Source: an uncultured Clostridia bacterium
GTDB taxonomy: Bacteria; Bacillota; Clostridia; Oscillospirales; CAG-272
DNA length: 64,000 nt
Assembly (NCBI GenBank): GCA_947626065.1
Contig: CANQQT010000002.1
Coordinates: 76,197 to 140,196 of the forward strand
Direction: 5' to 3'
Made by a program: the position numbers and the translations under genes. Numbering within the stretch: position 1 is the stretch's first letter; every line of letters starts with the position of its first letter. Positions 36,972 through 46,435 of this stretch are shown here, piece after piece. The notes under the pieces were generated by a model. It searched no databases. It worked only from the letters and a program-made list of their open reading frames with translations, and was not told where the DNA came from.

Positions 36972-37436
36972 TCATTCTTCCCTCATCAAAAGCGAAGCCG
37001 CCCTTTCGATATGCCTCTCTTCCAGCCCTCGGCCAATCAGCGGATCGGTTTTCACCGTATAAGGATCCAGCTCCTGCCAGCCGAACTTCTGGTCGTCGAA
37101 AATCACGAAGGCCTCCGTTTCGGGGTGCCTTGTCAGCCAGTCCTTGACTTCCTTGTATCTCTCCTTGCCGAGCTCCTTTGTTCTGTCCCAGAGACGGAGT
37201 CCCTTCCGGCGAAAGGTTTCCTCAAGCGCCCGACCGACCTCGTCGGTCTCCTTCCCCTCCGGATCCCAGTGGCGCCGCCACGTGCTTGTCAGCACAAGGT
37301 TGGCCCCCGTCCGATCCGTCAGCTTTTTCAGCAGCTCAAGCCGGCTTTCGTCGATGTTTCCGTCCTCCGATCCCCGCGAAGCGTCGTACCGACGGGAATT
37401 GAGAACGCCGTCGATATCCAGAAAAATGATTTTCAC
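36972..37436 (-). CDS. HAD-superfamily phosphatase (small, cap-less; polynucleotide-phosphatase-like)
   Basis: MKIIFLDIDGVLNS (DxDG nucleophile motif), LTSTWR (motif II) and VIFDD (motif IV); 154 aa. Confidence 0.75.
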   Translation of the reverse strand: MKIIFLDIDGVLNSRRYDASRGSEDGNIDESRLELLKKLTDRTGANLVLTSTWRRHWDPEGKETDEVGRALEETFRRKGLRLWDRTKELGKERYKEVKDWLTRHPETEAFVIFDDQKFGWQELDPYTVKTDPLIGRGLEERHIERAASLLMREE

Positions 37437-37552
37437 GTCTTGCTCACCACCTTTCCGGTCGGCAAAGGGACGGGGCCTTCCCCGTCCTTCGCCGATTCCA
37501 ATCGCCGCGCCTCCCGGCGCCGTTGTCTTTTCCTCTATATCCTTCCGGACAA

Positions 37553-38431
37553 TTACTTGTATTTAAACGTGAGCGTGAGCGTCCAAAGATTCTTGTCATA
37601 TCTACGCGAATAGGAATTCCCCAAAATTTTCCTGTTCGCTTTGGACGCCGCCCGCACAACCTCATAGCCGTCCTGTCCCACGGCAATCAGCTGATTAAAG
37701 GCTTTCTCGAAGACCTCCTTGCTTTTACACTTAAAGGTAACCTCCTTTTTCCCGGACTTTGCCGCCGCCTGCGCCATCACGTTGACAATATCGCCGGCGC
37801 CGGAGGACTCATAGGCAAAGATTCCTCTGTCGGGCTTGCTTTCCGGCTTGGTCACGTTCTTTCCGATCGCCAGATAGGTGATGCGCGGAGTCGAATTGTT
37901 GGGCATAACGGTGGAGGCATAGGAGGTCAGCTTGGAATTCAGCTCCCCCTCGGATACGATACCTCCCGAGGAGCTTTGAAATTCTCCGTCGGTAATCACC
38001 ACAAGCCAATACTGCGTATTGACGTCGGGATCCTGAACGGATGCCAGCTTGTTGAAGGCGATATCCAGAGCGTTATACGGGGTATTGCTCGCCGCAGTAT
38101 GCTTCCGGATGGAATCGACCGAGGACTGTATCGCCGAAGCGGACAAATCAATCCCGGGCGGGTTGAGGTTCGGATTCTTCTCCGCCTCGCTCATATAGGT
38201 GATATAGAGCTGATCGTCGCTGTTCAGCAATCCGCAGAAGGCTTGCATGGCATAGCTTGCATAGGCCCAGTTGGACGACCCGTAATTCTTCATGCTTTCG
38301 GAGTCGTCATAGACTACGGAAACAATTTTCCGGATATACAAAGAATCTGCGGCGACAGTCATCGGGATATACGCCGCAAAGACACTGCCAAAGAGAACGA
38401 CCGCTAGCAATGCCGCCAGTAGCCTTTTCAT
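37553..38431 (-). CDS. signal-anchored von Willebrand factor A (vWA) domain protein
   Basis: MKRLLAALLAVVLFGSVFAA signal/anchor, then the MIDAS motif VVYDDSESM (DxSxS) and VVITDGE. Start trimmed to ATG 38431 after GAAGGAGG. Confidence 0.8.
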   Translation of the reverse strand: MKRLLAALLAVVLFGSVFAAYIPMTVAADSLYIRKIVSVVYDDSESMKNYGSSNWAYASYAMQAFCGLLNSDDQLYITYMSEAEKNPNLNPPGIDLSASAIQSSVDSIRKHTAASNTPYNALDIAFNKLASVQDPDVNTQYWLVVITDGEFQSSSGGIVSEGELNSKLTSYASTVMPNNSTPRITYLAIGKNVTKPESKPDRGIFAYESSGAGDIVNVMAQAAAKSGKKEVTFKCKSKEVFEKAFNQLIAVGQDGYEVVRAASKANRKILGNSYSRRYDKNLWTLTLTFKYK

Positions 38432-38589
38432 CTTGTTCCTCCTTCGATGTCGCCTGTTTGCGGCGGCGCGGCCCTTTTCGGGGAAATTTCTGAACACCGG
38501 ATTCCTCCGGTTTCCCCATCCCGGGCCCTCTCCGCCCTGCTTTCGTATGACAGCAAGCCCCGGACGCGGTGCCGGAGCTTGCTGATAAG

Positions 38590-39066
38590 CTATTTACGAT
38601 TGGCTATGAAATCACCGACGGTGAGCACGCCCTTGCAAATCGCAAGAAATTTATCGTTAAAGGCGTCAACCGTCGCGCAGGAGCAATCGATCATATAATG
38701 GAACAGGCCGTCTCCGATTTTGCTTTCCCGGAAGGACGCCGTCATTCTGAAGACAATCGCTCCGGTAGAAATGTTATAGTCAAAGCTGCCGTCCGCGAGA
38801 CGGTTGGTGGCCACGCAGGTGGCAATCGCCAGATCCATGCGTTTGTCCTCCGGAACGGCAAAGGGGAGCTTGGAGAAGAGGCGAAGAAGCTGACGATCGG
38901 AATCTATGGCGAGGACAAACTCCATCGGGATATCCTCTCCCGAGACGCTAAACGTTACGACCAGATCTTCCCCGCGCTTCTGATACTTCCAATTTCTTCT
39001 GTCCAGTGCGGCACACAAGTCCCCATACACCGCTTGGGCGCGAGCCGTTTCCTTTGCATCAGCCAT
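38590..39066 (-). CDS. YbjN-domain protein (paralog b)
   Basis: 158 aa. The overall pattern (AVYGDLCAALDRRNWKYQK...FDYNISTGAIVFRMT) resembles the YbjN / T3SS-chaperone-like family. Paralogous to the upstream gene. Confidence 0.65.
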   Translation of the reverse strand: MADAKETARAQAVYGDLCAALDRRNWKYQKRGEDLVVTFSVSGEDIPMEFVLAIDSDRQLLRLFSKLPFAVPEDKRMDLAIATCVATNRLADGSFDYNISTGAIVFRMTASFRESKIGDGLFHYMIDCSCATVDAFNDKFLAICKGVLTVGDFIANRK

Positions 39067-39079
39067 GATCTTATCCTCC

Positions 39080-39559
39080 TCAGTTCTTTGTTTCGCTTTC
39101 GATAAATTTATCGATGCCTATCAAGCCCTTGCCAAGCATCAGGAATTTATCGTTGTAGTTATCAATCGTCTGGCAGGAGCATATCACCATATAAAAGACA
39201 AGCTCCTTGCTGATTTCGCTCTCAATGAAACTGCTGGTCAGGCGGAAATACATCTGCCCGTTGGTGACGTCATAATCAAAGCTACCGTCTACCATTTCGT
39301 CGTTGACCACGCTGACTGCGATGGCTACGTCGAGCCGCTTGTCTTCGGGAATGACAAAGGGAAGACGGGAAAGCAGAATAATCAGCTGCCGCCCGGCGTC
39401 AACCACAACGGAGAGCTCAATGGGGAGATCCTCGCCCTGCGCGCTGCAGTCGATGCGGAGCTTTTCCGAATCTTTCTTATAATGCCATTCGTTGTCGTCC
39501 AGTGCGTCACACAAAGTTTTATAAACCGTTTGCGCCCGTGCCATTTTTTCGTCTGCCAT
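39080..39559 (-). CDS. YbjN-domain protein (paralog a)
   Basis: 159 aa, clearly homologous to 38590..39066 (TVYKTLCDALDDNEWHYKK...FDYDVTNGQMYFRLT). The two genes are 13 bp apart. Confidence 0.65.
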   Translation of the reverse strand: MADEKMARAQTVYKTLCDALDDNEWHYKKDSEKLRIDCSAQGEDLPIELSVVVDAGRQLIILLSRLPFVIPEDKRLDVAIAVSVVNDEMVDGSFDYDVTNGQMYFRLTSSFIESEISKELVFYMVICSCQTIDNYNDKFLMLGKGLIGIDKFIESETKN

Positions 39560-39781
39560 ATCTTTTTTCTCCCTGATTCCATATTTTCATCGCTTGCGCG
39601 ATAAATTCTTCTCAGCGGCCGAGACAGCCAAGGAAAAATTGCCTTCACACCCGAATTCGTAATATGCGCAACGCCAAAAAACAGGTAAAAATTCATCGGT
39701 CGGCCTCAAACCGCCCCTTCAAGCCTCCCGTTTTAACGGAAAGAACCTCTTTTACCCGCTATTTTAAATTAAACATAGCGC

Positions 39782-39810
39782 ATTATAACACATTTTGAAA
39801 CAAAGGTCAA
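39782..39810 (-). promoter_or_regulatory. strong sigma70-type promoter (extended -10) heading the YbjN...RyR gene string
   Basis: Minus strand reads TTGACC (39810-39805), a 17-nt spacer ending TGT, then TATAAT (39787-39782). About 220 nt of leader precede ATG 39559. Confidence 0.65.
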
Positions 39811-40309
39811 GGCGTTTTTCGACAAATTTTTGAATATTGTTCTGACTTTTTCGTTTAAATTATTCATTTTAATTTGTTATCGTTCTTTTTTCACCTTTTA
39901 CAGGCATTTTGCGGCATCAATTGGCCATGTTCCCCCAGTAATGCTCCCCCCCTTGGGCAAAGAATCCTTTTATCATCAAAGCAAGACGTCCTTCGCACGT
40001 CTGCCCTCCGCTATTCCAGCCATACTTTTTTAATATGCCTGTCCTCGCCTTTTTCCGCTCTTTTTCCATCATCCCTACGGTAACCGAACTCCGCCCGTTT
40101 TTTCGTAAAAATATAGGTTCATTCCACACACTTTTGCAAAAAATCCTTGACAGTACCTTATATCGGCATGAAATCGTTTGACAAAGCGAATTTGGAGTCA
40201 TCCTATACATTTTTGCGAAAAAATTTAACAGAACCCCTTACGTTCTACTTAATGCAATCAACTTTTCTTTTTGCCCTAGCGCCTTTGATTAAAAAAATCA
40301 TGTGAATTG

Positions 40310-43300
40310 TCAAATTGAATTGGCCGACATTACAACATCTATCAAATTTTGCTTTTCTCGTTCGTAGTCGTTTATCCATGCTGTAGGATATATTCTATAT
40401 ATATTCCACCCATATTTTTGAGTAAGAACCTGCTCCGTCAGCCTCGTATACTCCCGCACGCTGTCAAAATCCGTGCGTCGCGGGTCATCCACTATGATAC
40501 CCAGAGCATAGCAGCCGTCTTCGTTCGCTTTGCGTATACCTATATTAATTTTACATTCAGAGCGGCCAATTTCCGTATCGTAAGCGACACCGATTTCATC
40601 AAGAACCCTGCATATATCTGTGACGAACGGATTATATGTTTCCCCGCTAACGACTTTTTGGACTCTCGTGAACATCTGTGCGTACTCAAGAAAATTGCAT
40701 AGCATTTGCGCCCCTGCTTTGTTCTCGCTTGGAGCAGAACTGGTTTTCATTGCCATGTTTAACTCAGACGATTTCAATGTGGAGACAACGATCATTCTGT
40801 GCTTGGCTCGTGTCACAGCGACATTTATTCTTTTCATGCCCGAGAGCAAACGAATACGCCCCAGATAAGGAAGCGTAAACTTCCCATGGCTATCCGGGCT
40901 GTAGCATATACTAATTATAGTAATATCCCGTTCATCGCCTTGCACCGTATCTAAATTGCAAAATATAAGCGGTTCTTCTTCATGCATTTTTTCCCACTGC
41001 TCAATCGCTGCTTTTTTGTCGGCTCTTTGTTTAAAAACCTCCCAACGCGACTCTATCTCATACGCCTGTGCATTGCTAAAAGCCACCACGCCGATGGAGA
41101 ACGCCTTGCGTTCAGGATGAGTCATTTCTTCATATATCAGCTCCACAATCCGATCTGCTTCGCCGGAGTTTATGTGTGCCCCGTTCTTGCCTGCGACATA
41201 GCACGTGGAAGGCGTATATTGCACGGGCACATAGTCTATTCCGTCATTAGGATTTCTCTTTGCTGAAGGAAAACTAATGAGATTATACTCCATTTCCTTG
41301 TTAGAAAACGCTATCAATGCCTCATCGCAGCTCCTATAGTGCCATGCCAACGAAATGGATGCATCACCTAATGCTTTGTCAGCGGAGGCAAGCAAAGAGT
41401 TTTCAATATTTGCTTCTTCTTCAAAGTACTGCTCATCATCGTCCTGCATATTTTCTCCTGCTCTAAAGAAGTCGCAAGGAGGCAACTGTTTGCTATCACC
41501 CGCAATAATAATTTGCTTTCCTCTTACAATTGACGCAAGAGCATCCTCTGTAAAAATTTGCGAAGCCTCATCAAAAATAACCAAATCAAATTGCAAACTC
41601 ACATCAATATATTGACTCACATTCAAAGGCGACATCATAAAACAAGGTCTTATGTGTTTTATGTACTCCCAATTCTCCAGTATTGTTTGTTTGATTGAGT
41701 AGTTTGTCTTTGATTGAAGCTTGGGGTACTCGCCTTTTGCGCCATTAGCTTTGCCGGATGCCGCACGCCGCAAATACATATTAAGCGTTTCATACAGGCG
41801 TTTCGCTCCTGTATTCAGCATACGCTTATCTGCCTCGGCATAGCTTTCCATAAGCTTTTCATGTTCCGCTCTTGAGAAATCCCGTATACAATCAAGATGG
41901 TTTGTATCAATGAATTCCTTTACAATCTGTTGATAATAAGATCGAAATAAGCGCGCATTTGCTGTTTCGAAATCGCTTTCGTTACTGTCAATCAACTCAT
42001 CAAGAACAGATCTCCAGCCCGCCTGCTCTATTTTTTCCACTATCATCACCAAACGATACCAATCAGCAAGCATTGCTTGATGATGGATAATGGCCTCAGA
42101 TAAAGAAGTATATGCAAGAAAATACTTGCGCGGGGACTCCATAAAAGCGCCAAATTGATTTCCTAACGACTGTTCATCCGAAAGTGCTTTTGTAAGCAGC
42201 CCTTCTAACGTTTGCAAATGATTGATTGTCCCCGAATATTGTAACGGAGCGAAACGCAGAGACCAATCTGTAACACACCTCAAATCCAATATTTGATTAT
42301 TATGCTCGAATAGGATTGACAAGACAGCATTTAACGATTTGATCAAGTCGTCCCAATCGGCTTCGCTTTCCGGTTCATATCCTAATATCTCAAGGTCTTC
42401 ACTTTCTTGTCGTTCGTTACGCGATTTTAATTGCAAATACTCTCTATATTGTTCCAATTGTTTCAAAGCATTACTGGTTGATTTATAATTGTGTTTATGG
42501 GGAGGCGTATTAAAGCACGCAAGAACCGCTGCTTTCCATTCCTTGTACTTTTTACCATGCCTCATAAAAGCGCTCTGGTATTCTTCTGACTCAATTTTTG
42601 CCTGTTTTATGTCAAGAGCACAATATTTTATGTAATCAATCGCAGACGAATATTCTTTCCCTTCGTGGTTCTTTAATCTTGTTATTGTTTTTTTTCTTGC
42701 TTTCGCCAATTTTAAAATGTCATTTATTTTCCTTTCGCTGGGATTATTGAGAATTTCTCCCACAATTTTTTCCGACAGCTTCGGCATCTGTGACCAAAGG
42801 TGGAGCATCTTCTCACACACTTGCATATCAGAGAAGTGATATCCAACCTTCCAACCATCGTTCGCTAAATCAGAAACCACCTTTGTTATTGTGTCGTACA
42901 CGGCCTTATATTCAGAAGCAATTTTCAACAACGTGGAACCGGAATCCCCTTTACACCCATATAAGGGGTGCTTTCTATAGTCAAGCACACTGCCGCAGAC
43001 TTTAATAGCGGTATAATATTGACGAATCAAGTCACGTAACTCCGTGAACTCTACGCTGTCCTTGGGGATTTTCGGTGTTTCATTTAGCGCTTTGAATGCA
43101 GAAAATTGTGCCATATCCTGCAATAGCCTCAAATAGTTGCGATCCCCATACTCTCCGCGGATTTGCTCCATGAACTTTTTTATTTGCTCGTATCGATGTT
43201 CCTCATCCGCAATTAGTTGATCGTCATAACCCCCAACAGGAGTATAGCTCACCAAGCATCTATTAAGCTCCGCAACAAAAGGATTCCGGCTCACCGCTCC

Positions 43301-45109
43301 GCTTCGCTTTTTAAAAGAGCCAAAATCAAGAATAAAGTCAGTGAGCTTTTTGTCGCCCCCAACATTGCATTTTAACAAGTTGTCAATAATAACCGATCTT
43401 GCCGAGGTTTTTTCCGTAACAAACAAAACCGTTTTTCCCTCGCCAAGCGCAGAAGATATAATATTTGTTATTGTTTGACTTTTTCCGGATCCGGGAGGGC
43501 CCTGTAAGATAAACGACCTCCCCTCTTGTGAAGCTTTAATCACTTCTTCCTGTGATGAATCCGCATCTAACAACACATATTTTGTTTTATGCCTTTGTTG
43601 GAGAGAGGGAACAGAAATCTCAACATTTTCATCGCCACACAAGCGTCTGATAATCGGATGCCGCAAATATATGTCCTGATTGGTTTCAATATCATGTTGT
43701 AATTGCAGTTTTTGATAATGAAACAAGCCAATACCCAGTCCAGGATCAATTTCCCAGTCCTTGGTGATTTCAAAAATTCTATCCCCGCCGTTTTTGAAGG
43801 TTTGTTCAATTAAAGAGAAGTACACGCCTATGTTTTTTACGTCAAGCGATGGCAATACTATGGAACATGTTTGGGAATAGGCAGCAAGCATTTGTATCAG
43901 GGTCTTGTTTACCTCGAAAGTCGATTCTGCCGACGGATCCACCTCAAAATAATATTGTCCTTTTGCCTTATCTGTTCCCAAATTAACCGGGCATAATAAA
44001 ATCGGAGAATTATAAACTGTGCCGTTTGTATCTTTCCATTTTAAAAAACCGCACGCAAGATATAAAACATGCAGCCCGAAATTCCGTTCCATGTTTTTGG
44101 CTTTGTTTAAAATGGTTCTTGCGGCCTCGTTGGTACTCCCCTCGTTTACAACACTAACCAATTCATCTGAAGCATAACTTTTTAATGCACTCTGTGATAT
44201 AATTGGCGAAGATTCCAAATCAATGGCTTTTTTGCATTTTGGGCAGATAAGTGCCGACTTTTTCAACTCGTCTATCGTGAGTTTTTTTCCGCAAGAGCAG
44301 ATATACGCATCATTAGGCAAGCACATCAGTCTTTCCTTCAGCGGCATCATGCTCTTTCTATTATGAGTATTGCCCGCATCACATATCGGACACTCAGAAG
44401 CCAATTGCGTTTTTTTTGCGCCAAAATCATAGGACTGGAATTCCACGCGCCCACACAATTTGCATTTGTAAATCATCTGGGGGTGAAGCTTGCTCCACCC
44501 CGTGATATACATTCTTGAGTTTTTTTTGCTGATTTGTCGCATGGTCGTCAGAGTATCTCCGCTGAGCAACCCTATAGTCGCATTTTTTACAGGACGAAAA
44601 TGCACAAGTTGATTTGTACGCGAAAAATCGAGCAATCGCAAGCCAAATTTCTTTAATTGCTTTTTTTGCTGATCAGCCTCCTCCAGTACGGAGACCGTAC
44701 TATCAAAATTTATCAGTTCATTCTCATCAAAAGATTCACAGTCCGAATCGTCAATCGCCACGTTGAAAAAAACTGCTGCGGCCAAGCATATGGCAAAAAG
44801 ATAAGCCGAAAATCGATATTCATCTATCCGAACAGTAAACGAGAGCAAGCTTGCAAGCTCATATAACTCCCCACTGCCCCCTGTGAATTTTTGTTCCTGA
44901 ACAAACTTTGCCAATATTTTATAGGCAGGCGCCAATAGCTGCACCAATACTTTTCCATATCCGTATGACGTGCTTTGACGCAAATAGTCCCCAATAATTG
45001 AAGACGATCGATCATACCAATCCGGAACACTGACGTTCATTGTTCTTACTTTTTCACAATAAACTCGAAATTCTTTTTTATCCATTGCAAAAGCTTTTAG
45101 ACCTCGCAC
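40310..45109 (-). CDS. Zn-ribbon/DUF4011 + SF1 (Upf1/Dna2-like) helicase + C-terminal REase-like/DUF3320 protein
   Basis: LQGPPGSGKSQTI (Walker A), VIFDEASQ (Walker B), IIAGDSKQLPP, NVAVTRAKHRM. N-terminal CKLCG..CPICD and CSCG..CPKCK ribbons and LHVLYLACGFLKW (DUF4011-like). C-terminal GRSECKINIGI...ALGIIVDD...YGWNIYRIYPTAW (PD-(D/E)xK-like). 1599 aa. The start is uncertain (GTG 45109 or ATG 45085). Confidence 0.88.
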   Translation of the reverse strand: MRGLKAFAMDKKEFRVYCEKVRTMNVSVPDWYDRSSSIIGDYLRQSTSYGYGKVLVQLLAPAYKILAKFVQEQKFTGGSGELYELASLLSFTVRIDEYRFSAYLFAICLAAAVFFNVAIDDSDCESFDENELINFDSTVSVLEEADQQKKQLKKFGLRLLDFSRTNQLVHFRPVKNATIGLLSGDTLTTMRQISKKNSRMYITGWSKLHPQMIYKCKLCGRVEFQSYDFGAKKTQLASECPICDAGNTHNRKSMMPLKERLMCLPNDAYICSCGKKLTIDELKKSALICPKCKKAIDLESSPIISQSALKSYASDELVSVVNEGSTNEAARTILNKAKNMERNFGLHVLYLACGFLKWKDTNGTVYNSPILLCPVNLGTDKAKGQYYFEVDPSAESTFEVNKTLIQMLAAYSQTCSIVLPSLDVKNIGVYFSLIEQTFKNGGDRIFEITKDWEIDPGLGIGLFHYQKLQLQHDIETNQDIYLRHPIIRRLCGDENVEISVPSLQQRHKTKYVLLDADSSQEEVIKASQEGRSFILQGPPGSGKSQTITNIISSALGEGKTVLFVTEKTSARSVIIDNLLKCNVGGDKKLTDFILDFGSFKKRSGAVSRNPFVAELNRCLVSYTPVGGYDDQLIADEEHRYEQIKKFMEQIRGEYGDRNYLRLLQDMAQFSAFKALNETPKIPKDSVEFTELRDLIRQYYTAIKVCGSVLDYRKHPLYGCKGDSGSTLLKIASEYKAVYDTITKVVSDLANDGWKVGYHFSDMQVCEKMLHLWSQMPKLSEKIVGEILNNPSERKINDILKLAKARKKTITRLKNHEGKEYSSAIDYIKYCALDIKQAKIESEEYQSAFMRHGKKYKEWKAAVLACFNTPPHKHNYKSTSNALKQLEQYREYLQLKSRNERQESEDLEILGYEPESEADWDDLIKSLNAVLSILFEHNNQILDLRCVTDWSLRFAPLQYSGTINHLQTLEGLLTKALSDEQSLGNQFGAFMESPRKYFLAYTSLSEAIIHHQAMLADWYRLVMIVEKIEQAGWRSVLDELIDSNESDFETANARLFRSYYQQIVKEFIDTNHLDCIRDFSRAEHEKLMESYAEADKRMLNTGAKRLYETLNMYLRRAASGKANGAKGEYPKLQSKTNYSIKQTILENWEYIKHIRPCFMMSPLNVSQYIDVSLQFDLVIFDEASQIFTEDALASIVRGKQIIIAGDSKQLPPCDFFRAGENMQDDDEQYFEEEANIENSLLASADKALGDASISLAWHYRSCDEALIAFSNKEMEYNLISFPSAKRNPNDGIDYVPVQYTPSTCYVAGKNGAHINSGEADRIVELIYEEMTHPERKAFSIGVVAFSNAQAYEIESRWEVFKQRADKKAAIEQWEKMHEEEPLIFCNLDTVQGDERDITIISICYSPDSHGKFTLPYLGRIRLLSGMKRINVAVTRAKHRMIVVSTLKSSELNMAMKTSSAPSENKAGAQMLCNFLEYAQMFTRVQKVVSGETYNPFVTDICRVLDEIGVAYDTEIGRSECKINIGIRKANEDGCYALGIIVDDPRRTDFDSVREYTRLTEQVLTQKYGWNIYRIYPTAWINDYEREKQNLIDVVMSANSI

Positions 45110-45124
45110 TTAATAAAATGCCAA

Positions 45125-46405
45125 TTAACTTTTCGACCCTTTCGCCACAAAGTCGGGGGAACCGCCTATGCCAGTCTCGTCTTTCGATTGATGTGAACGG
45201 GAAAAGGAGGAAAAACCGTCTAGGCCAGTACCATTTTCAGATGAAGATGCCCGTGGTTTAAATTCAGAAAGTTTATCAAAATCAACAGGCGCCGGTTTTG
45301 GCTTTGGAGGAACGGGGGAGGTAGCGCCGCTCGTGTTACTCGTTCCTTGCCCTTTTTGGGATCCTCCGTTAAGAATGTCATCTAAAACGCTTACCCACTC
45401 ATCTGGAGTGGGTCTACTTTTAAATTCCGTGAGTGGATTCTTAAACGCCTGTCTAAACCGCTCCTTTAATCTGTTGTCAAGCCCATTCCAAATTTTTATA
45501 ACCGTGTTCAGCTCGCCACGCTTTTTTTGTTGTTTGGGCTTTGAAGCGTCGGCGTCTTTGTAAAGATCATCTATATTATTGCGACGATCCTTTTCATCAA
45601 AAATAAATACCGACCAAGCCTCATCTATATCATCTTCGTCCGCAAGTTCTTTAACGCCGAACATGTCTTGACATGCGGGGGAAGAATACATGATCTTTCC
45701 ATGATAGGGCGATGGCAAAAGGTTATTTATCAATATGCGGAAAATTAAATTTGCCAAAGCATATGCATCCGCATTCTTTCCTGCCTTCGCATATCCAAAA
45801 GCAACCTCCGGCGCCATAAAGAATCCGGTTCCTAACACAAACGAAAGCCCGTCTTGTTGTATTTCTTGATCGCTGGCAACGTTTTCGCAATCAACGACAT
45901 ACAGCCAACCGGTTTTGCTGTCAAACATAAAATTTCCCCAATTGATATCCGTATAACATCCGCCAAGTTTATTTATGATTTCAATAGACAGAGCGATCTG
46001 TCTTGCAAGCCCAAGCTTCTCCTCCAGAGGCATTTTCTGAATAATCCCGTTATTCTCGTTGATCATGTAATTCAGCGTTTGACCACCGGCAAGTTCCATG
46101 ATGTATAATGTTTCTCCTTTGTATGAACACGAGGAAAGAGGAAATGCATGATTAATATTATACCCTCTTGCCAGATTATCCGCTCTTTGGCTGGTGTTCT
46201 CATCGATGAGTATACGTATATTTTTGCGCTTCATCTCTCTCCTTCCTTCGTTTTCATCAACAAGAACCTTCATGGCGTAGCATTGATTATCGGTCAAATT
46301 TTTGACTTTATAAACCGCTCCTTGCCCACCCGCGCCAATCGGCGAAATTATTTCATAGGTAATTTTATTCTCAAAGGTTATCCGGGTTCCCGCTGCAAAG
46401 TCCAT
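45125..46405 (-). CDS. Ser/Thr protein kinase with low-complexity C-terminal tail
   Basis: GAGGQGAVYKV (G-loop), YAMKV (VAIK-like), YTDINWGNFMF (catalytic loop D..N), FMAPEV (APE). AGAGGTG ribosome-binding site. Confidence 0.88.
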   Translation of the reverse strand: MDFAAGTRITFENKITYEIISPIGAGGQGAVYKVKNLTDNQCYAMKVLVDENEGRREMKRKNIRILIDENTSQRADNLARGYNINHAFPLSSCSYKGETLYIMELAGGQTLNYMINENNGIIQKMPLEEKLGLARQIALSIEIINKLGGCYTDINWGNFMFDSKTGWLYVVDCENVASDQEIQQDGLSFVLGTGFFMAPEVAFGYAKAGKNADAYALANLIFRILINNLLPSPYHGKIMYSSPACQDMFGVKELADEDDIDEAWSVFIFDEKDRRNNIDDLYKDADASKPKQQKKRGELNTVIKIWNGLDNRLKERFRQAFKNPLTEFKSRPTPDEWVSVLDDILNGGSQKGQGTSNTSGATSPVPPKPKPAPVDFDKLSEFKPRASSSENGTGLDGFSSFSRSHQSKDETGIGGSPDFVAKGSKS

Positions 46406-46435
46406 AACATAGCACCTCTTTTTTCAAAATTATTT

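Noticed and set aside
39560-39781. The ~220-nt leader of the YbjN gene string, examined as a possible riboswitch (e.g. for NAD or a cyclic dinucleotide).
   Set aside because: Only short local hairpins are visible (CCGT-TAAA-ACGG, CGC-GCAA-GCG). There is no match to any riboswitch core I can recall and no terminator/antiterminator pair.
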